From an uncultured Alphaproteobacteria bacterium (GTDB lineage Bacteria; Pseudomonadota; Alphaproteobacteria; Acetobacterales; Acetobacteraceae): a stretch of 64,000 nt of DNA. This document shows positions 38,067 through 49,228 of the stretch, piece by piece. The notes beneath the pieces are model-generated. The model saw only the letters and a program-made list of their open reading frames with translations. It was not told the origin of the DNA and searched no databases. Each line of letters opens with the position of its first letter. Positions within the stretch are counted from its first letter, which is position 1. The DNA is taken from positions 79,603 to 143,602 of the forward strand of contig CAVVNM010000014.1 in the NCBI GenBank assembly GCA_963749575.1, read 5' to 3'. Made by a program: the position numbers and the translations under genes.

Positions 38067-39220
38067 GCCTCGATACCTGCCGTGTAGCCGATCTCGGCCA
38101 GGATTTCGTCGGTATGCTCGCCCAACGCGGGACCGCCGCGGCGCACGCTGGTTGGCGTGGCAGAGAACCGCGCCGCCGGACGGGCCTGGCGCAGGCGGCC
38201 GGCACCGGGATGCTCGGTCTCCACGACGATGCCGTTCGCCACCACCTGCGGGTGCTCGATCATCCGGCTGCGCGTCAGCACCGGCGCACAGGGAACACCG
38301 GCCGCCGTCAACCGCTCCAGCCACTCCGCGGCGGGGCGCGTGCGCAACACCTCCTGCGTCATCGCCAACCGCTCGTTGATGTGCTTCTGGCGCAGCGCCG
38401 GCGTGGCGAAGCGCGGATCTTCCAGCCATTCCGGCCGATCCAGCGCCCGTGTCAGCGCCACCCACTCGCGATCGGTCTGCACCGCTGCGCTGATGTAGTC
38501 GTCTTCCGTCTGATAGATCAGGTCGATGAAGCTGGCCGCCTCCTGCTGCGGCAGTTCGTCACCGACGAAGGTCTGGCTGCCCATGTCGGAGCCCCACAGG
38601 AACGCCACCACCGCATCCAGCATCGAGAGCCGCACATGCTGCCCCTGCCCGGTCCGCTCGCGCGCCAGCAGCGCCGCGGTGATCGCCTGCGCCGCCACCA
38701 CGCCGGTCAGCTTGTCGGGCACGATGGTGCGCACCAGCCGCGGCCGTTCATGGTCGGAGCCGCCCTGGATGCTGGCGAGGCCGGACAGCGCCTGGATCAG
38801 CGGGTCGTACACCGGCTTCTGCGCGAACGGACCCTGCTCGCCGAAGCCACTGATCGAGACGTAGACGATGTCCGGCGCCAATGCCCGCACGTCGGCTTCG
38901 CCGAAACCCATCCGGTCGATCACGCCGCTACGAAAATTCTGGATGAACACATCGGCGCCGGCGATCAGCCGCTTCAGTGTCGCCACCCCGGCCGACGCCT
39001 TCAGGTCCAGCACGATCGAGCGCTTGTTGCGGTTGTTGTTGAGGAACGACGCCGAGAACCCGCCGCGTCGGTTGGCCGCGGCGCGGGTATGGTCGCCGCC
39101 GTCAGGGTTTTCCACCTTGATGACATCGGCGCCCTGGTCGGCCAGCAGCATGGTCGCCGACGGCCCCGACACCATCGAGGTCAGATCAACGATACGATAG
39201 CCGTGCAACGGTCCCGGCAT
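38063..39220 (-). CDS. CaiB/BaiF-family (type III) CoA-transferase
   Basis: Start MPGPLHGYRIVDLTSMVSGP (frame-checked, RBS gggggaag). Family motif ADVIKVENPDGGD. Confidence 0.85.
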   Translation of the reverse strand: MPGPLHGYRIVDLTSMVSGPSATMLLADQGADVIKVENPDGGDHTRAAANRRGGFSASFLNNNRNKRSIVLDLKASAGVATLKRLIAGADVFIQNFRSGVIDRMGFGEADVRALAPDIVYVSISGFGEQGPFAQKPVYDPLIQALSGLASIQGGSDHERPRLVRTIVPDKLTGVVAAQAITAALLARERTGQGQHVRLSMLDAVVAFLWGSDMGSQTFVGDELPQQEAASFIDLIYQTEDDYISAAVQTDREWVALTRALDRPEWLEDPRFATPALRQKHINERLAMTQEVLRTRPAAEWLERLTAAGVPCAPVLTRSRMIEHPQVVANGIVVETEHPGAGRLRQARPAARFSATPTSVRRGGPALGEHTDEILAEIGYTAGIEA

Positions 39221-39393
39221 GGCGTTTACTTCCCCCTGGTGGACAAGACCGTGTTCCGCCATCGCGCATGGCAGGTCAAGCTCACGAAAACGTGTTGCTG
39301 CACATGCGAAGGGAATGGCAATATCACTGTCGTAAGAAACCGGGGAGCTTCCAGGGGGCAGGACCCGTCCTGACTCAGACGTAGAGGTTTGCC

Positions 39394-40045
39394 GTGATGA
39401 CTCAGCCGCACCAGGCGCCGTTTGGTCTGGTTCTTGCCCAGATCGGCCGCATGATCGCCGCCGCTCTGCCGCTGCCGGATCGGGCACCGCCGCCGCATGA
39501 CCCGGTTTTCCTGCCCGACTTCGCCGACGCTGACCCCCGATCAGGCGCAGGAGATGCGCTATGGCAAAGGGCGCGACCGATGAGATGGCGCAGGCCCACC
39601 AACGAAACCGCGGGCGCGGGCGACGTCGCCCGGACCGCGTTGCTCGCCGGCCTGATCGCCGGCCTGCTGGTCAGCGGGGTCGCGGTGGTATCGGCCGCCA
39701 CGACGCTCGACATGGGACCCAAGGTCGGCGACATCCTGGTGTTCCGCCAGGGGGCCCGGATGCCGGGCGACTGGGAGTTCACCGTCGCGACCAGGGCGTC
39801 GCCCGCGGCCACATGCAGTCTGCGGCCCGAGGTGATGGCATCCGAGGGCGGCAGCCTGGTCGTGGAGCGAGCGCTTGCAGCAGCCGCGCGCGTTCCACGT
39901 GCACTGGGCCGGTGCTCACACCAGCGAGGGCACTGCTGACTGCGGCAACAATGCCGAGCTGGTGCTGGCGGGCCCGGACCTCCAGTTGCTGTCCAACGCG
40001 GTGGGCGGCGCCGGCGTGGTGCACAGGACCTTTGCCGGATTCTGA
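39394..40045 (+). pseudogene. Hypothetical membrane-anchored protein, apparent extra base near 39870
   Basis: ORF 39394..39939 contains a TM segment (ALLAGLIAGLLVSGVAVV). A better-looking continuation (RAFHVHWAGAHTSEGTADCGNNAELVLAGPDLQLL...FAGF-stop) lies in the +1 frame and ends at 40045. The start could be 39580. Confidence 0.3.
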
Positions 40046-40099
40046 GGTGTCGCGGCGACGGATTTCGCTGTTGCGAAACCCGGCGCGACGATCCGAGGG

Positions 40100-41795
40100 T
40101 CAGGTCTTGTCCAGCCAGAAGATGTCCTGCCGCACGACGTCGTAGACGCCGAAATAGTCGTACGGGTTGTAGCCCTTCACGTAATTCCACCAGACATCGT
40201 TGATCTGCTCCCAGCACAACGGCAACACCGGCGGATCCTGTTCCATGATCTCCTCGGCCTGGCGGATCAGTGCCTGGCGCTTGGCGGGATCGAACTCCGC
40301 GTCGATCTGATCCACCAGGGCATCGAAGTTCGGGATTGCTCCAGAACGAATAGTTCTGCGGTCCGCCGGTGCGGTACCAGGCGTTGAAGTAGTCCGACGG
40401 ATCCAGCAGCGTCGACACCACGGCGCCGATCGCCAGGTCGAAGTGCCCGTTGGGAGCATCGTCGAACCACACCAACTCCACCACCGTGCGAAGGTTGCAC
40501 TGCACATCGATGTTCTGCTGCAGCATCGCCTGGATCGCCTGCGCCCACAGCTTGAACGAGGCGACATCACGGACCATGAAATCGAGTCCCTTGATGCCGT
40601 TGGCGTAGCCGGCGGCCGCCATCAGTGCCTTGGCCTCCTTGATCGCTGCGGTCGGGTCCTCCTGGTAGCCGACCCGCTTGAACAGCTGATCGGTCGGCGT
40701 GGCGAACTCCGAGAACGGATACATGAAGCCGCCGACCCGCATCGGCGCCACATCCTTGGTGACGTCCACCAGGACGTGGCGATCGAGCGCCAGGTGGAAC
40801 GCGCGACGCACGCGCGGATCGTCGAACGGCTTCTTCTTGTCGTTCATCCAGGTGCCCTGGATCACGCTCTGATTGAACGCGGTGGTGGACATCCCCGGCG
40901 TGTCCTTGGCCTTGCGCGCGGTCACCGGATCGAGGATGCGCGCGTAGTCCACGCGGTTGGACAGGATCGGCCGCGCCGAGTTCGGGCGAGAACGGGATCA
41001 GATTGTAGAACTCGATGCCGTCGAGATAGGGCAGGCCCGTGGTTCCAGTAGTCCTTGTTCTTCTCCATCACCCAGACTTCGTTCTCGACCCGGCGCAGCG
41101 GACTTGAACGGCCCGGTGCCGGGAATGTTCGACACCTTGCGCAGGTTGTAGTTGTTCTCTTCGAGCGTCTGCTTGCGCACGATGCCGTTCCAGCCGCTGG
41201 CGATCGCCGCCATGATGAAGCTTGCCGGCCGTGGCGCGGACAGCTTGAACTGCACGGTATATTTGTCCGGCGTGCTGATTTCGCTCACCGCCTTGAACAG
41301 GATGCTGCGCGGGATGCTGACGCCCGCGGGCGGCTTGACGATGCGATCGAACGTTGCCTTCACGTCATCGGCGGTCAGGTCGGCGCCGTCGTGGAACTGC
41401 ACGCCCTTGCGCAGAAAGAACGTGTAGCTCGTGCCGTCCTTGGCGATCTCCCAGCTATGCGCGAGATCCGGGATGATCGTCTTGCCGCTGTCGCGCGGAT
41501 CATGGCGGATCAGGTTGTCGTACATGCAGCCCTGAGCACCGAGGCTGCCGACGGTGCCGGACTGGTGGAAGTCGAAATGCGGCAGCCGGTTGAGGATGCC
41601 GACGCGCAGCACGCCGCCGCGCTTCGGGTTCGGCTCCGGCGCCGCGAGCTGGAATTTCGAGCCGTCGTATACGATCGGGATCTCCGCCAGCGTGTGGGCC
41701 GGTCGCAGCCCGTACGCCGCGGCCATCGCCGCGGCGCTGCCTTGCAGAAAACCGCGGCGGCTCCATCTCCGGTTACCGGTGTTCATTTCGCTCAT
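40100..41795 (-). pseudogene. ABC transporter substrate-binding protein, family 5 (DppA/OppA-like), paralog 1, four apparent extra bases
   Basis: Tat-like signal MSEMNTGNRRWSRRGFLQGSAAA. Conserved segments lie in shifting frames, with breaks near 41098, 41036, 40980 and 40332. Length minus 4 nt gives 564 codons, the same as paralog 2. Confidence 0.8.
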
Positions 41796-41848
41796 TGGCG
41801 TCGTTGCCTCCCTATGGCTGTTGATTTGTGGTCGGGCTGCCGCATTGG

Positions 41849-41878
41849 TTGTCATCCCGCGCAGGCGGGGGATGACAA
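41849..41878. repeat. REP-like palindrome between the two binding-protein genes
   Basis: ttgtcatccc-gcgcaggcgg-gggatgacaa: 10-bp perfect arms, with a T run on the + strand only. Confidence 0.5.
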
Positions 41879-41898
41879 TTTTGCGGTTACCGCCCCAC

Positions 41899-43554
41899 TT
41901 ACGTTGACTTGTCCATCCAGAACGTGTCCTGGCGGCAGACGTCGTAGGCGCCGAAGTAGTCGTCCGGCCGCAGTCCCTTGACGTAGTCGTACCAGATATC
42001 GTCGATCTTCTCCCACGCCACCGGCAGCAGCGGCGGGTCCTGTTCGAAGATCGCTTCGGCCTGCCGGATCAGCGCCTGCCGCTTCGCGGGGTCCACCTCA
42101 CGATCGATCTGATCGATCAGCGCATCGACCTTGGCGTTGCTGTAGGCCGAATAGTTCTGCGGCCCATCGGTGTGATACCACGCGTTGAAGTAGTCGGACG
42201 GATCGAGCAGCGTCGATACCACCGCGCCGATCGCCAGGTCGAAGTGGCCGTTGGCGATATCGTCGAACCACACCAATTCCACCACGTAGCGCAGATTGGT
42301 GGTGATGTTCAGCGTCTGTTGCAGCATCGCCTGGATCGCCTGCGACCAGACGTGATAGCTGGCGAGGTCGCGGATCAGATAGTCCAGCCCCTGCATGCCG
42401 TTCGGATAGCCTGCTGCCGCCATCAGCGCCTTCGCCTCCTTCTCGGCGGCCGTTGGGTCGTCCTGATAGCCGAGCTGCTTGACCAGTTCCGCCTTTGGCG
42501 TGGCGAGATCGGAGAACGGATACATGAAGCCGCCGATCTGCATCGGCGCCACATCCTTGATCGCCTCGATCAAGGTCGGCCGATCGAGTGCCAGGTGCAT
42601 GGCGCGCCGTACCCGCGGGTCGGCCATCGGGCCCTTCTTTGTGTTGGTATAGGTCGCGTGGATGACGCTCTGGTTGAACGATGAGACCTTCATCCCCTTG
42701 GTCGCCTGCGCCTTCTTGAAGGTCACCGGATCGGTCACCCGCGCATAGTCCACGCGACCCGACAGGATCCCCGAACCGAGTTCGGGCGAGAACGGCACCA
42801 GGTTGTAGAACTCGATGCCGTCGAGATACGGCAGGCCCTTGTTCCAGTAGTCCTTGTTCTTTTCGACCACCCAGAGTTCGTTCTCCACCCGGCGCACCGT
42901 CTTGAACGGCCCGGTGCCGGGGTAGTTCGGCACCTTGCGCAGATTGTAGTTGTTGTCCTCCAGCGTCTTCTTGCGCACGATGACGTTCCAGCCGCTGGCG
43001 ATCGCCGCCATGATGAAGGGCGGCGGCCGCGGCTCGGACAGTTTGAACTCGATGGTGTATTTGTCGGGCGCGTTCACCTCGCTGACCGCGCGGAACAGGA
43101 TGCTGCGCGGGATGCTGATCCCCTGCGGTGGCTTCACGATGCGGTCGAACGTGGCCTTCACATCCTCGGAGGTCAGCTCCGCGCCGTCGTGGAACGGGAT
43201 GCCCTTGCGCAGATAGAACGTGTAGGTCTTGCGGTCCTTGGCGATTTCCCAACTGTGCGCCAGATCCGGAATGACGGCCTTGCCGCCGTCGCGCGGATCG
43301 CGGCGGATCAGGTTGTCGAACATGCAGCCCATCGAGCCGAGGTTGTTGTAGGTGCCCGACTGGTGCAGATCGAAATGCGGCACCCGGTTGGTGATCCCCA
43401 TGCGCAGCACGCCGCCATATTTCGGGTTCGGATCGGGTGCCGCGAGCTGGAACTTCGTGCCGTCGAACTGATCGGGAATATCGGCCAGCACCGGACGCGG
43501 GTACAGCCCATAGCCACCAGCCGCCAGCGCGGCGCCGGTCGCCCAGGAGACCAC
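41899..43554 (-). CDS. ABC transporter substrate-binding protein, family 5, paralog 2
   Basis: 551-aa ORF from GTG, intact. A Tat-type n-region (VIRTAVRARLTRR) lies just upstream in another frame from GTG 43591. This suggests one extra base near 43556 and a true span of 41899..43591 (564 codons). Confidence 0.8.
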   Translation of the reverse strand: MVSWATGAALAAGGYGLYPRPVLADIPDQFDGTKFQLAAPDPNPKYGGVLRMGITNRVPHFDLHQSGTYNNLGSMGCMFDNLIRRDPRDGGKAVIPDLAHSWEIAKDRKTYTFYLRKGIPFHDGAELTSEDVKATFDRIVKPPQGISIPRSILFRAVSEVNAPDKYTIEFKLSEPRPPPFIMAAIASGWNVIVRKKTLEDNNYNLRKVPNYPGTGPFKTVRRVENELWVVEKNKDYWNKGLPYLDGIEFYNLVPFSPELGSGILSGRVDYARVTDPVTFKKAQATKGMKVSSFNQSVIHATYTNTKKGPMADPRVRRAMHLALDRPTLIEAIKDVAPMQIGGFMYPFSDLATPKAELVKQLGYQDDPTAAEKEAKALMAAAGYPNGMQGLDYLIRDLASYHVWSQAIQAMLQQTLNITTNLRYVVELVWFDDIANGHFDLAIGAVVSTLLDPSDYFNAWYHTDGPQNYSAYSNAKVDALIDQIDREVDPAKRQALIRQAEAIFEQDPPLLPVAWEKIDDIWYDYVKGLRPDDYFGAYDVCRQDTFWMDKST

Positions 43555-43708
43555 GCCGGGTCAGCCGCGCACGCACGGCAGTACGGATCACTCATGGTGC
43601 TTTCCCTCCCTTTAAGGCTTTTCATAACCGCTGGCGGCGTGCTCAGATGGCGCGCTTAACCGGTCCGTTTTGCCAAAGATAACACGCCGGAATCTTGGGA
43701 GTCACGTC

Positions 43709-44765
<1,057 letters not shown>

Positions 44766-44769
<4 letters not shown>

Positions 44770-45806
44770 GCGGATTGCCGTCCGAACGCCGATCCGACGG
44801 GAGCGCGAGCCCGTTGCTCGAGGTGGAGAACCTCAAGAAGCATTTTCCGGTCTACAAGGGCGTCTTCTCGCGGGTTTCCGGCCATGTCTATGCCGTGGAC
44901 GGCGTGTCGTTTCACATCGACCGCGGTGAGACCCTGGGCCTGGTCGGCGAGAGCGGCTGCGGCAAGTCGACGGTGGGACGCACGCTGCTGAAGCTGCTCG
45001 AACCGACCGACGGAAAAATCCTGGTCCACGGCAAGGACATCACCGAATTCGACACCCAGCAGATGTTTCCGTACCGGGAACAGATGCAGATGATCTACCA
45101 GGACCCATACGCGTCGCTGAACCCGCGCATGTCGGCCGGCGACATCGTGGGCGAACCGCTGATCATCCACCAGGCCGGCACCCGCGCGGAACGCCAGGAG
45201 CGCGTCGCCAGCCTGTTCGAGCGCGTCGGTCTGCGGCCGGAGCACATGAGTTCGTTCCCCCACATGTTCTCCGGCGGCCAGCGCCAGCGCATCGGCATCG
45301 CGCGCGCGCTGGCGCTCGGGCCGGAACTGATTGTCGGCGACGAACCGGTATCCGCGCTGGACGTGTCGATCCAGGCACAGATCATCAACCTGCTGATGGA
45401 TCTGCAGGACGAGTTCAAGCTGTCGTATCTGTTCGTCGCGCACGATCTGGCCGTGGTGGAGCACATCAGTCACCGCGTCGCGGTGATGTACCTGGGGCGG
45501 ATCGTCGAGACCACCGACAAGGCCAGCCTGTTCGAGATGCCGCTGCATCCGTACACCGAGGCGCTGCTGTCCGCGGTGCCGATCCCGAAGGCGAGCGCAC
45601 GGCGGCGCAATCGGGTGATCCTTGCGGGCGACGTGCCAAGCCCGATCAACCCGCCGTCGGGTTGCCACTTCCATGCGCGCTGCCCCTATGTGATGTCGCG
45701 CTGCAGCCACGACGTGCCCGCGCTGCGCGAGGTGGTGCCGGGACACTGGACCGCGTGCCACCTGCATGACGGCGGGGTGCGGTTTCCACTGTCGAAGCCC
45801 AATTGA
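44766..45806 (+). CDS. Peptide/nickel-type ABC transporter ATP-binding protein (DppF-like)
   Basis: 346 aa, intact. Walker [10 protein letters not shown], signature [16 protein letters not shown]-terminal oligopeptide-type extension. 4-nt overlap with the upstream gene. Confidence 0.9.
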
Positions 45807-45902
45807 CTGTCATTGCGAGGAGCGCAGCGACGAAGCAATCTCCATCCAAGCGCGCATTTGGCTGGGGATTGCTTCGTCGGCTTCGCCTCCTCGCAATGAC
45901 AG
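45807..45902. repeat. REP/MITE-like palindromic element between convergent genes
   Basis: Left arm ctgtcattgcgaggagcgcagcgacgaagcaatc and right arm gattgcttcgtcggcttcgcctcctcgcaatgacag form a long imperfect hairpin. The arm sequence is of the type repeated many times in Bradyrhizobiaceae genomes. Confidence 0.7.
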
Positions 45903-45908
45903 GTGTAG

Positions 45909-46826
45909 CTACACCGCGCCCCTCAGCCGCGGGTCCAGCGCGTCGCGGATGCCGTCGCCCAGCAGGTTGAACGCGAGCACCGTGATCGTGATCGCCGCGC
46001 CGGGGAACAACACCAGCCACCACGGCGGCACCAGCCCGGCATTCAGCGAATCGGCCAGCATGTTGCCCCAGGTCGGCGTCGGCGGCGGAATACCGACGCC
46101 GAGAAAGCCCAGCGCCGCCTCGATGATGATCGCCACACCGAGATGCGTGGTGGCAAGGATCAGATACGGTGCGACGCACTGCGGCAGGATGTGCCGTGCC
46201 ATCATGCGCAGATGCGATGCGCCGAGGCCACGCGCGGCCTCGACATAGGACAACTCCTTCAGCGACAGCACGACAGCGCGGATCACCCGTCCGCCGAACG
46301 GTATTCGCGTGATGGCAATGGCGACGATCACGGTTCCCATCCCCGCACCGAGCGCCATCGCGATCGCCATTGCCAGGATCAGGTCGGGAAATGATTGCAG
46401 GAACTCGATGATGCGCTGGCTGATGATGTCGAAACGTCCGCCGAAATAGCCGCACGCCAGGCCCCACAGCGCACCGAACGTGGTGCCCAGCAATACCGCG
46501 CCGGCGGCAACGGTCAGGGACGCTCGGCTGCCGTAGATCACGCGGCTCAGCGTATCGCGTCCGATCTGGTCGGTGCCGAAGTAGTTCAGCGTGGACGGCG
46601 GCTTCGCCATGTGGCGGAAGTCGGCGCGGGTCGGATCGTGCGGCGCAAGCACCGGGGCCGCAACCGCCATGAAGACGATGCCGGCAGCGATGCAGCCCCA
46701 GAACGCCGACATCGGCGAGCGCCGGGCGAAGGTGCGCAGCACACGCAGGCTGCGCCGCAGCCAGGTCGGTTCGGCTACGGGGATACGCTCGAGCGGCAGT
46801 GCGGCGTCGGACTGGGTGACACTCAT
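45909..46826 (-). CDS. ABC transporter permease (DppC-like)
   Basis: 305 aa, intact. Binding-protein-dependent transport motif region YVEAARGLGASHLRMMARHILP. Confidence 0.9.
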   Translation of the reverse strand: MSVTQSDAALPLERIPVAEPTWLRRSLRVLRTFARRSPMSAFWGCIAAGIVFMAVAAPVLAPHDPTRADFRHMAKPPSTLNYFGTDQIGRDTLSRVIYGSRASLTVAAGAVLLGTTFGALWGLACGYFGGRFDIISQRIIEFLQSFPDLILAMAIAMALGAGMGTVIVAIAITRIPFGGRVIRAVVLSLKELSYVEAARGLGASHLRMMARHILPQCVAPYLILATTHLGVAIIIEAALGFLGVGIPPPTPTWGNMLADSLNAGLVPPWWLVLFPGAAITITVLAFNLLGDGIRDALDPRLRGAV

Positions 46827-47779
46827 CGGTAGCGGATCCTCGGATCGAGCCAGGCGGAGGTCAGATCGACCAGGATGTTCAGCAGCACGAATACGATCGA
46901 GTACAGGAACACCAGGTTCTGCATGACGAAGATGTCGCGCTCACTCACCGCGGTGTACATCGCGTAGCCGAGACCGGGCGTGCCGAACGCGCGCTCGACC
47001 GGGATCGAACCCGCGAGCACGAAGCCGAGCAGGATGCCCGACAGCGTAATCACCGGCAGCAGGGCATTGGGCAGTGCGTGCAGCGCGATCACCCCGCGGC
47101 CGCTCAGTCCTTTGGCGCGCGCGGTGCGAACATAGTCTTCACGCACCACTTCGAGCAGGCTGGACCGAGCCATGCGCGCAATGTAGGCGGCCTGACCCAT
47201 GCCCAGCACCAGCGCCGGCCCGATGACGATCTGCAGGTTCGACAGCGGATCGGTAAAAAACGCCACGTTGGCGAGCGGCGCGCGATAGCCGAAGCCGAAC
47301 AACAGCCCCAGCACGATCAGCATTGCCAGCCAGAAACCGGGCACCGCGAGGAACAGGATGCTGATGAAGCGCGAGATGTTATCGCCGAAGCTGTTCGGCC
47401 GCAATGCGCTGACGATGGCGACGGGAATGCCGACCAGCCACGACAGAACCACCGAAATCGCGGCGATCTCCGCGGTCAGCGGTCCGCGGCGCGCGATCAT
47501 GTCGGCGACGCTCTCGGAACGAAAGAATGAATGGCCGAGACTGCCGGTCAGGATATCGCCGATCCAGCGGAGGTACTGCACCACCAGCGGATCGCTCAGG
47601 CCAAGCTGCGCCATGTAGCTGGCACGCGCCGCCGGCGTGAGCTTGGTGAAGCCCTCCGGGCCGAAGATGGCGACCAGCGGGTCGCCCGGCAGTACGCGCA
47701 GCACGAAGAACACGACGATGGAGACGCCGAGCACCGTGATCGCACCGAAGGCGAGACGACGCAGAATGTAGCTGAACAT
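46823..47779 (-). CDS. ABC transporter permease (DppB-like)
   Basis: Start MFSYILRRLAFGAITVLGVSIVVF (frame-checked). 4-nt overlap with the downstream permease. Confidence 0.9.
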   Translation of the reverse strand: MFSYILRRLAFGAITVLGVSIVVFFVLRVLPGDPLVAIFGPEGFTKLTPAARASYMAQLGLSDPLVVQYLRWIGDILTGSLGHSFFRSESVADMIARRGPLTAEIAAISVVLSWLVGIPVAIVSALRPNSFGDNISRFISILFLAVPGFWLAMLIVLGLLFGFGYRAPLANVAFFTDPLSNLQIVIGPALVLGMGQAAYIARMARSSLLEVVREDYVRTARAKGLSGRGVIALHALPNALLPVITLSGILLGFVLAGSIPVERAFGTPGLGYAMYTAVSERDIFVMQNLVFLYSIVFVLLNILVDLTSAWLDPRIRYR

Positions 47780-47859
47780 AAGTCGCAGGTCCGCTTTCTT
47801 GTGGCGGAAATAATTGACGTTTGCCTCGGTTCCAGCCTGCGGCCCCGCAGGCGCGAAAG

Positions 47860-49188
47860 TCAAGCGCGGAAAAAGCGATTATCCGGCCGCGGCAGGCCGA
47901 GGTTCTCGCGCAACGTGGCGCCCTCGTACTCGCGGCGGAAGATGCCGCGTCGTTGCAGCTCGGGCACCACACGCTCGACGAAGTCGTCCAGACCGGCCGG
48001 CACGAACGGGAACATGATGTTGAAGCCGTCGCAGGCGTCGCTGAGCAGCCATTCCTCCATCTGGTCCGCGATCATCGCCGGCGTGCCGAGCAGCGCAGGG
48101 CCGCTATAGCCGCCCAGCCGTTGGGCAAGCTGGCGCACTGTCAGGTTCTCGCGTTGGGCCAGCCCAATGGCACGGTCGCGACCACTCTTGCTGGCGTTGG
48201 TTTCCGGGATCGTGGGCAGTTTCCCATCAGGATCGAAACGTGACGCGTCGGTCCCCAGCGCGATCGACAGCGACGCGATCGCGCTGTCGTAGTGCACCAG
48301 GCTGTCCAGTTTTGCGCGCTTCTCGCGGGCCTCATCCAGCGAATCACCGACCACGACGAAGGCGCCCGGCAGGATCTTCAGATGCTCGGGATCGCGGCCA
48401 AGCTTCGCCATGCGGCCCTTGATGTCGGCATACAGCGCGCGACCGCCGTTGATGTCGCCGGCGCCGGCGAACACCATCTCGGCGGTCTCCGCGGCAAGCT
48501 GGCGGCCGGCATCGGACGAACCCGCCTGCACGATCACCGGCCAGCCCTGGATCGGCCGCGCGATATGCAGCGGACCGCGCACCGAATAGTATTCTCCCCG
48601 ATGGTTCAGCACGTGCATGCGTGACGGGTCGAAGAACTCGCCGGTCTCGACGTTGCGGATGAAGGCGTCCTCCGCCCAACTGTCCCACAGGCCGGTAACG
48701 ACATCGTAGAACTCGCGAGCGCGACGATAGCGCTCGTCGTGGTCCATCGCATCGTCCAGGCCGAAGTTCAGCGCTGCGTCGGGATTGGACGTGGTCACGA
48801 TGTTCCAGGCGGCGCGCCCGCCGCTGATATGGTCCAGCGAGGCAAAGCGGCGCGCGACGTGGAACGGCGCCTCGAACGTGGTGGAGCCGGTGGCGATCAG
48901 ACCGATGTGCTCGGTGACCATGGCGAGCGCCGACAGCAGGGTGAACGGCTCGAACGATGTCACGGTGTGGCTGCGCTTCAAGGCGGCGATCGGCATGTTG
49001 AGCACGGCCAGGTGGTCGGCCATGAAGAACGCGTCGAACCGGCCGCGTTCCAACGTCTGGATGAACCGCTTGATGTGCGCGAGGTTGAAGTTGGCGTCCG
49101 GGTACGCACCGGGATAGCGCCAGGCCGCGGTATGGATCGTGGTGGGCCGCATGAAGGCGCCGAGGCGGAGTTGACGTTTGGCGGTCAT
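47860..49188 (-). CDS. LLM-class flavin-dependent monooxygenase, NtaA/SnaA/DszA family
   Basis: Start MTAKRQLRLGAFMRPTTIHTAAWRYP (frame-checked), 442 aa. Same strand as the permease genes and 80 nt upstream of them. Confidence 0.85.
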   Translation of the reverse strand: MTAKRQLRLGAFMRPTTIHTAAWRYPGAYPDANFNLAHIKRFIQTLERGRFDAFFMADHLAVLNMPIAALKRSHTVTSFEPFTLLSALAMVTEHIGLIATGSTTFEAPFHVARRFASLDHISGGRAAWNIVTTSNPDAALNFGLDDAMDHDERYRRAREFYDVVTGLWDSWAEDAFIRNVETGEFFDPSRMHVLNHRGEYYSVRGPLHIARPIQGWPVIVQAGSSDAGRQLAAETAEMVFAGAGDINGGRALYADIKGRMAKLGRDPEHLKILPGAFVVVGDSLDEAREKRAKLDSLVHYDSAIASLSIALGTDASRFDPDGKLPTIPETNASKSGRDRAIGLAQRENLTVRQLAQRLGGYSGPALLGTPAMIADQMEEWLLSDACDGFNIMFPFVPAGLDDFVERVVPELQRRGIFRREYEGATLRENLGLPRPDNRFFRA

Positions 49189-49228
49189 GGTGTCCAGTCC
49201 ATTCCTGACTGCAATAGGGAAGGCCCGA

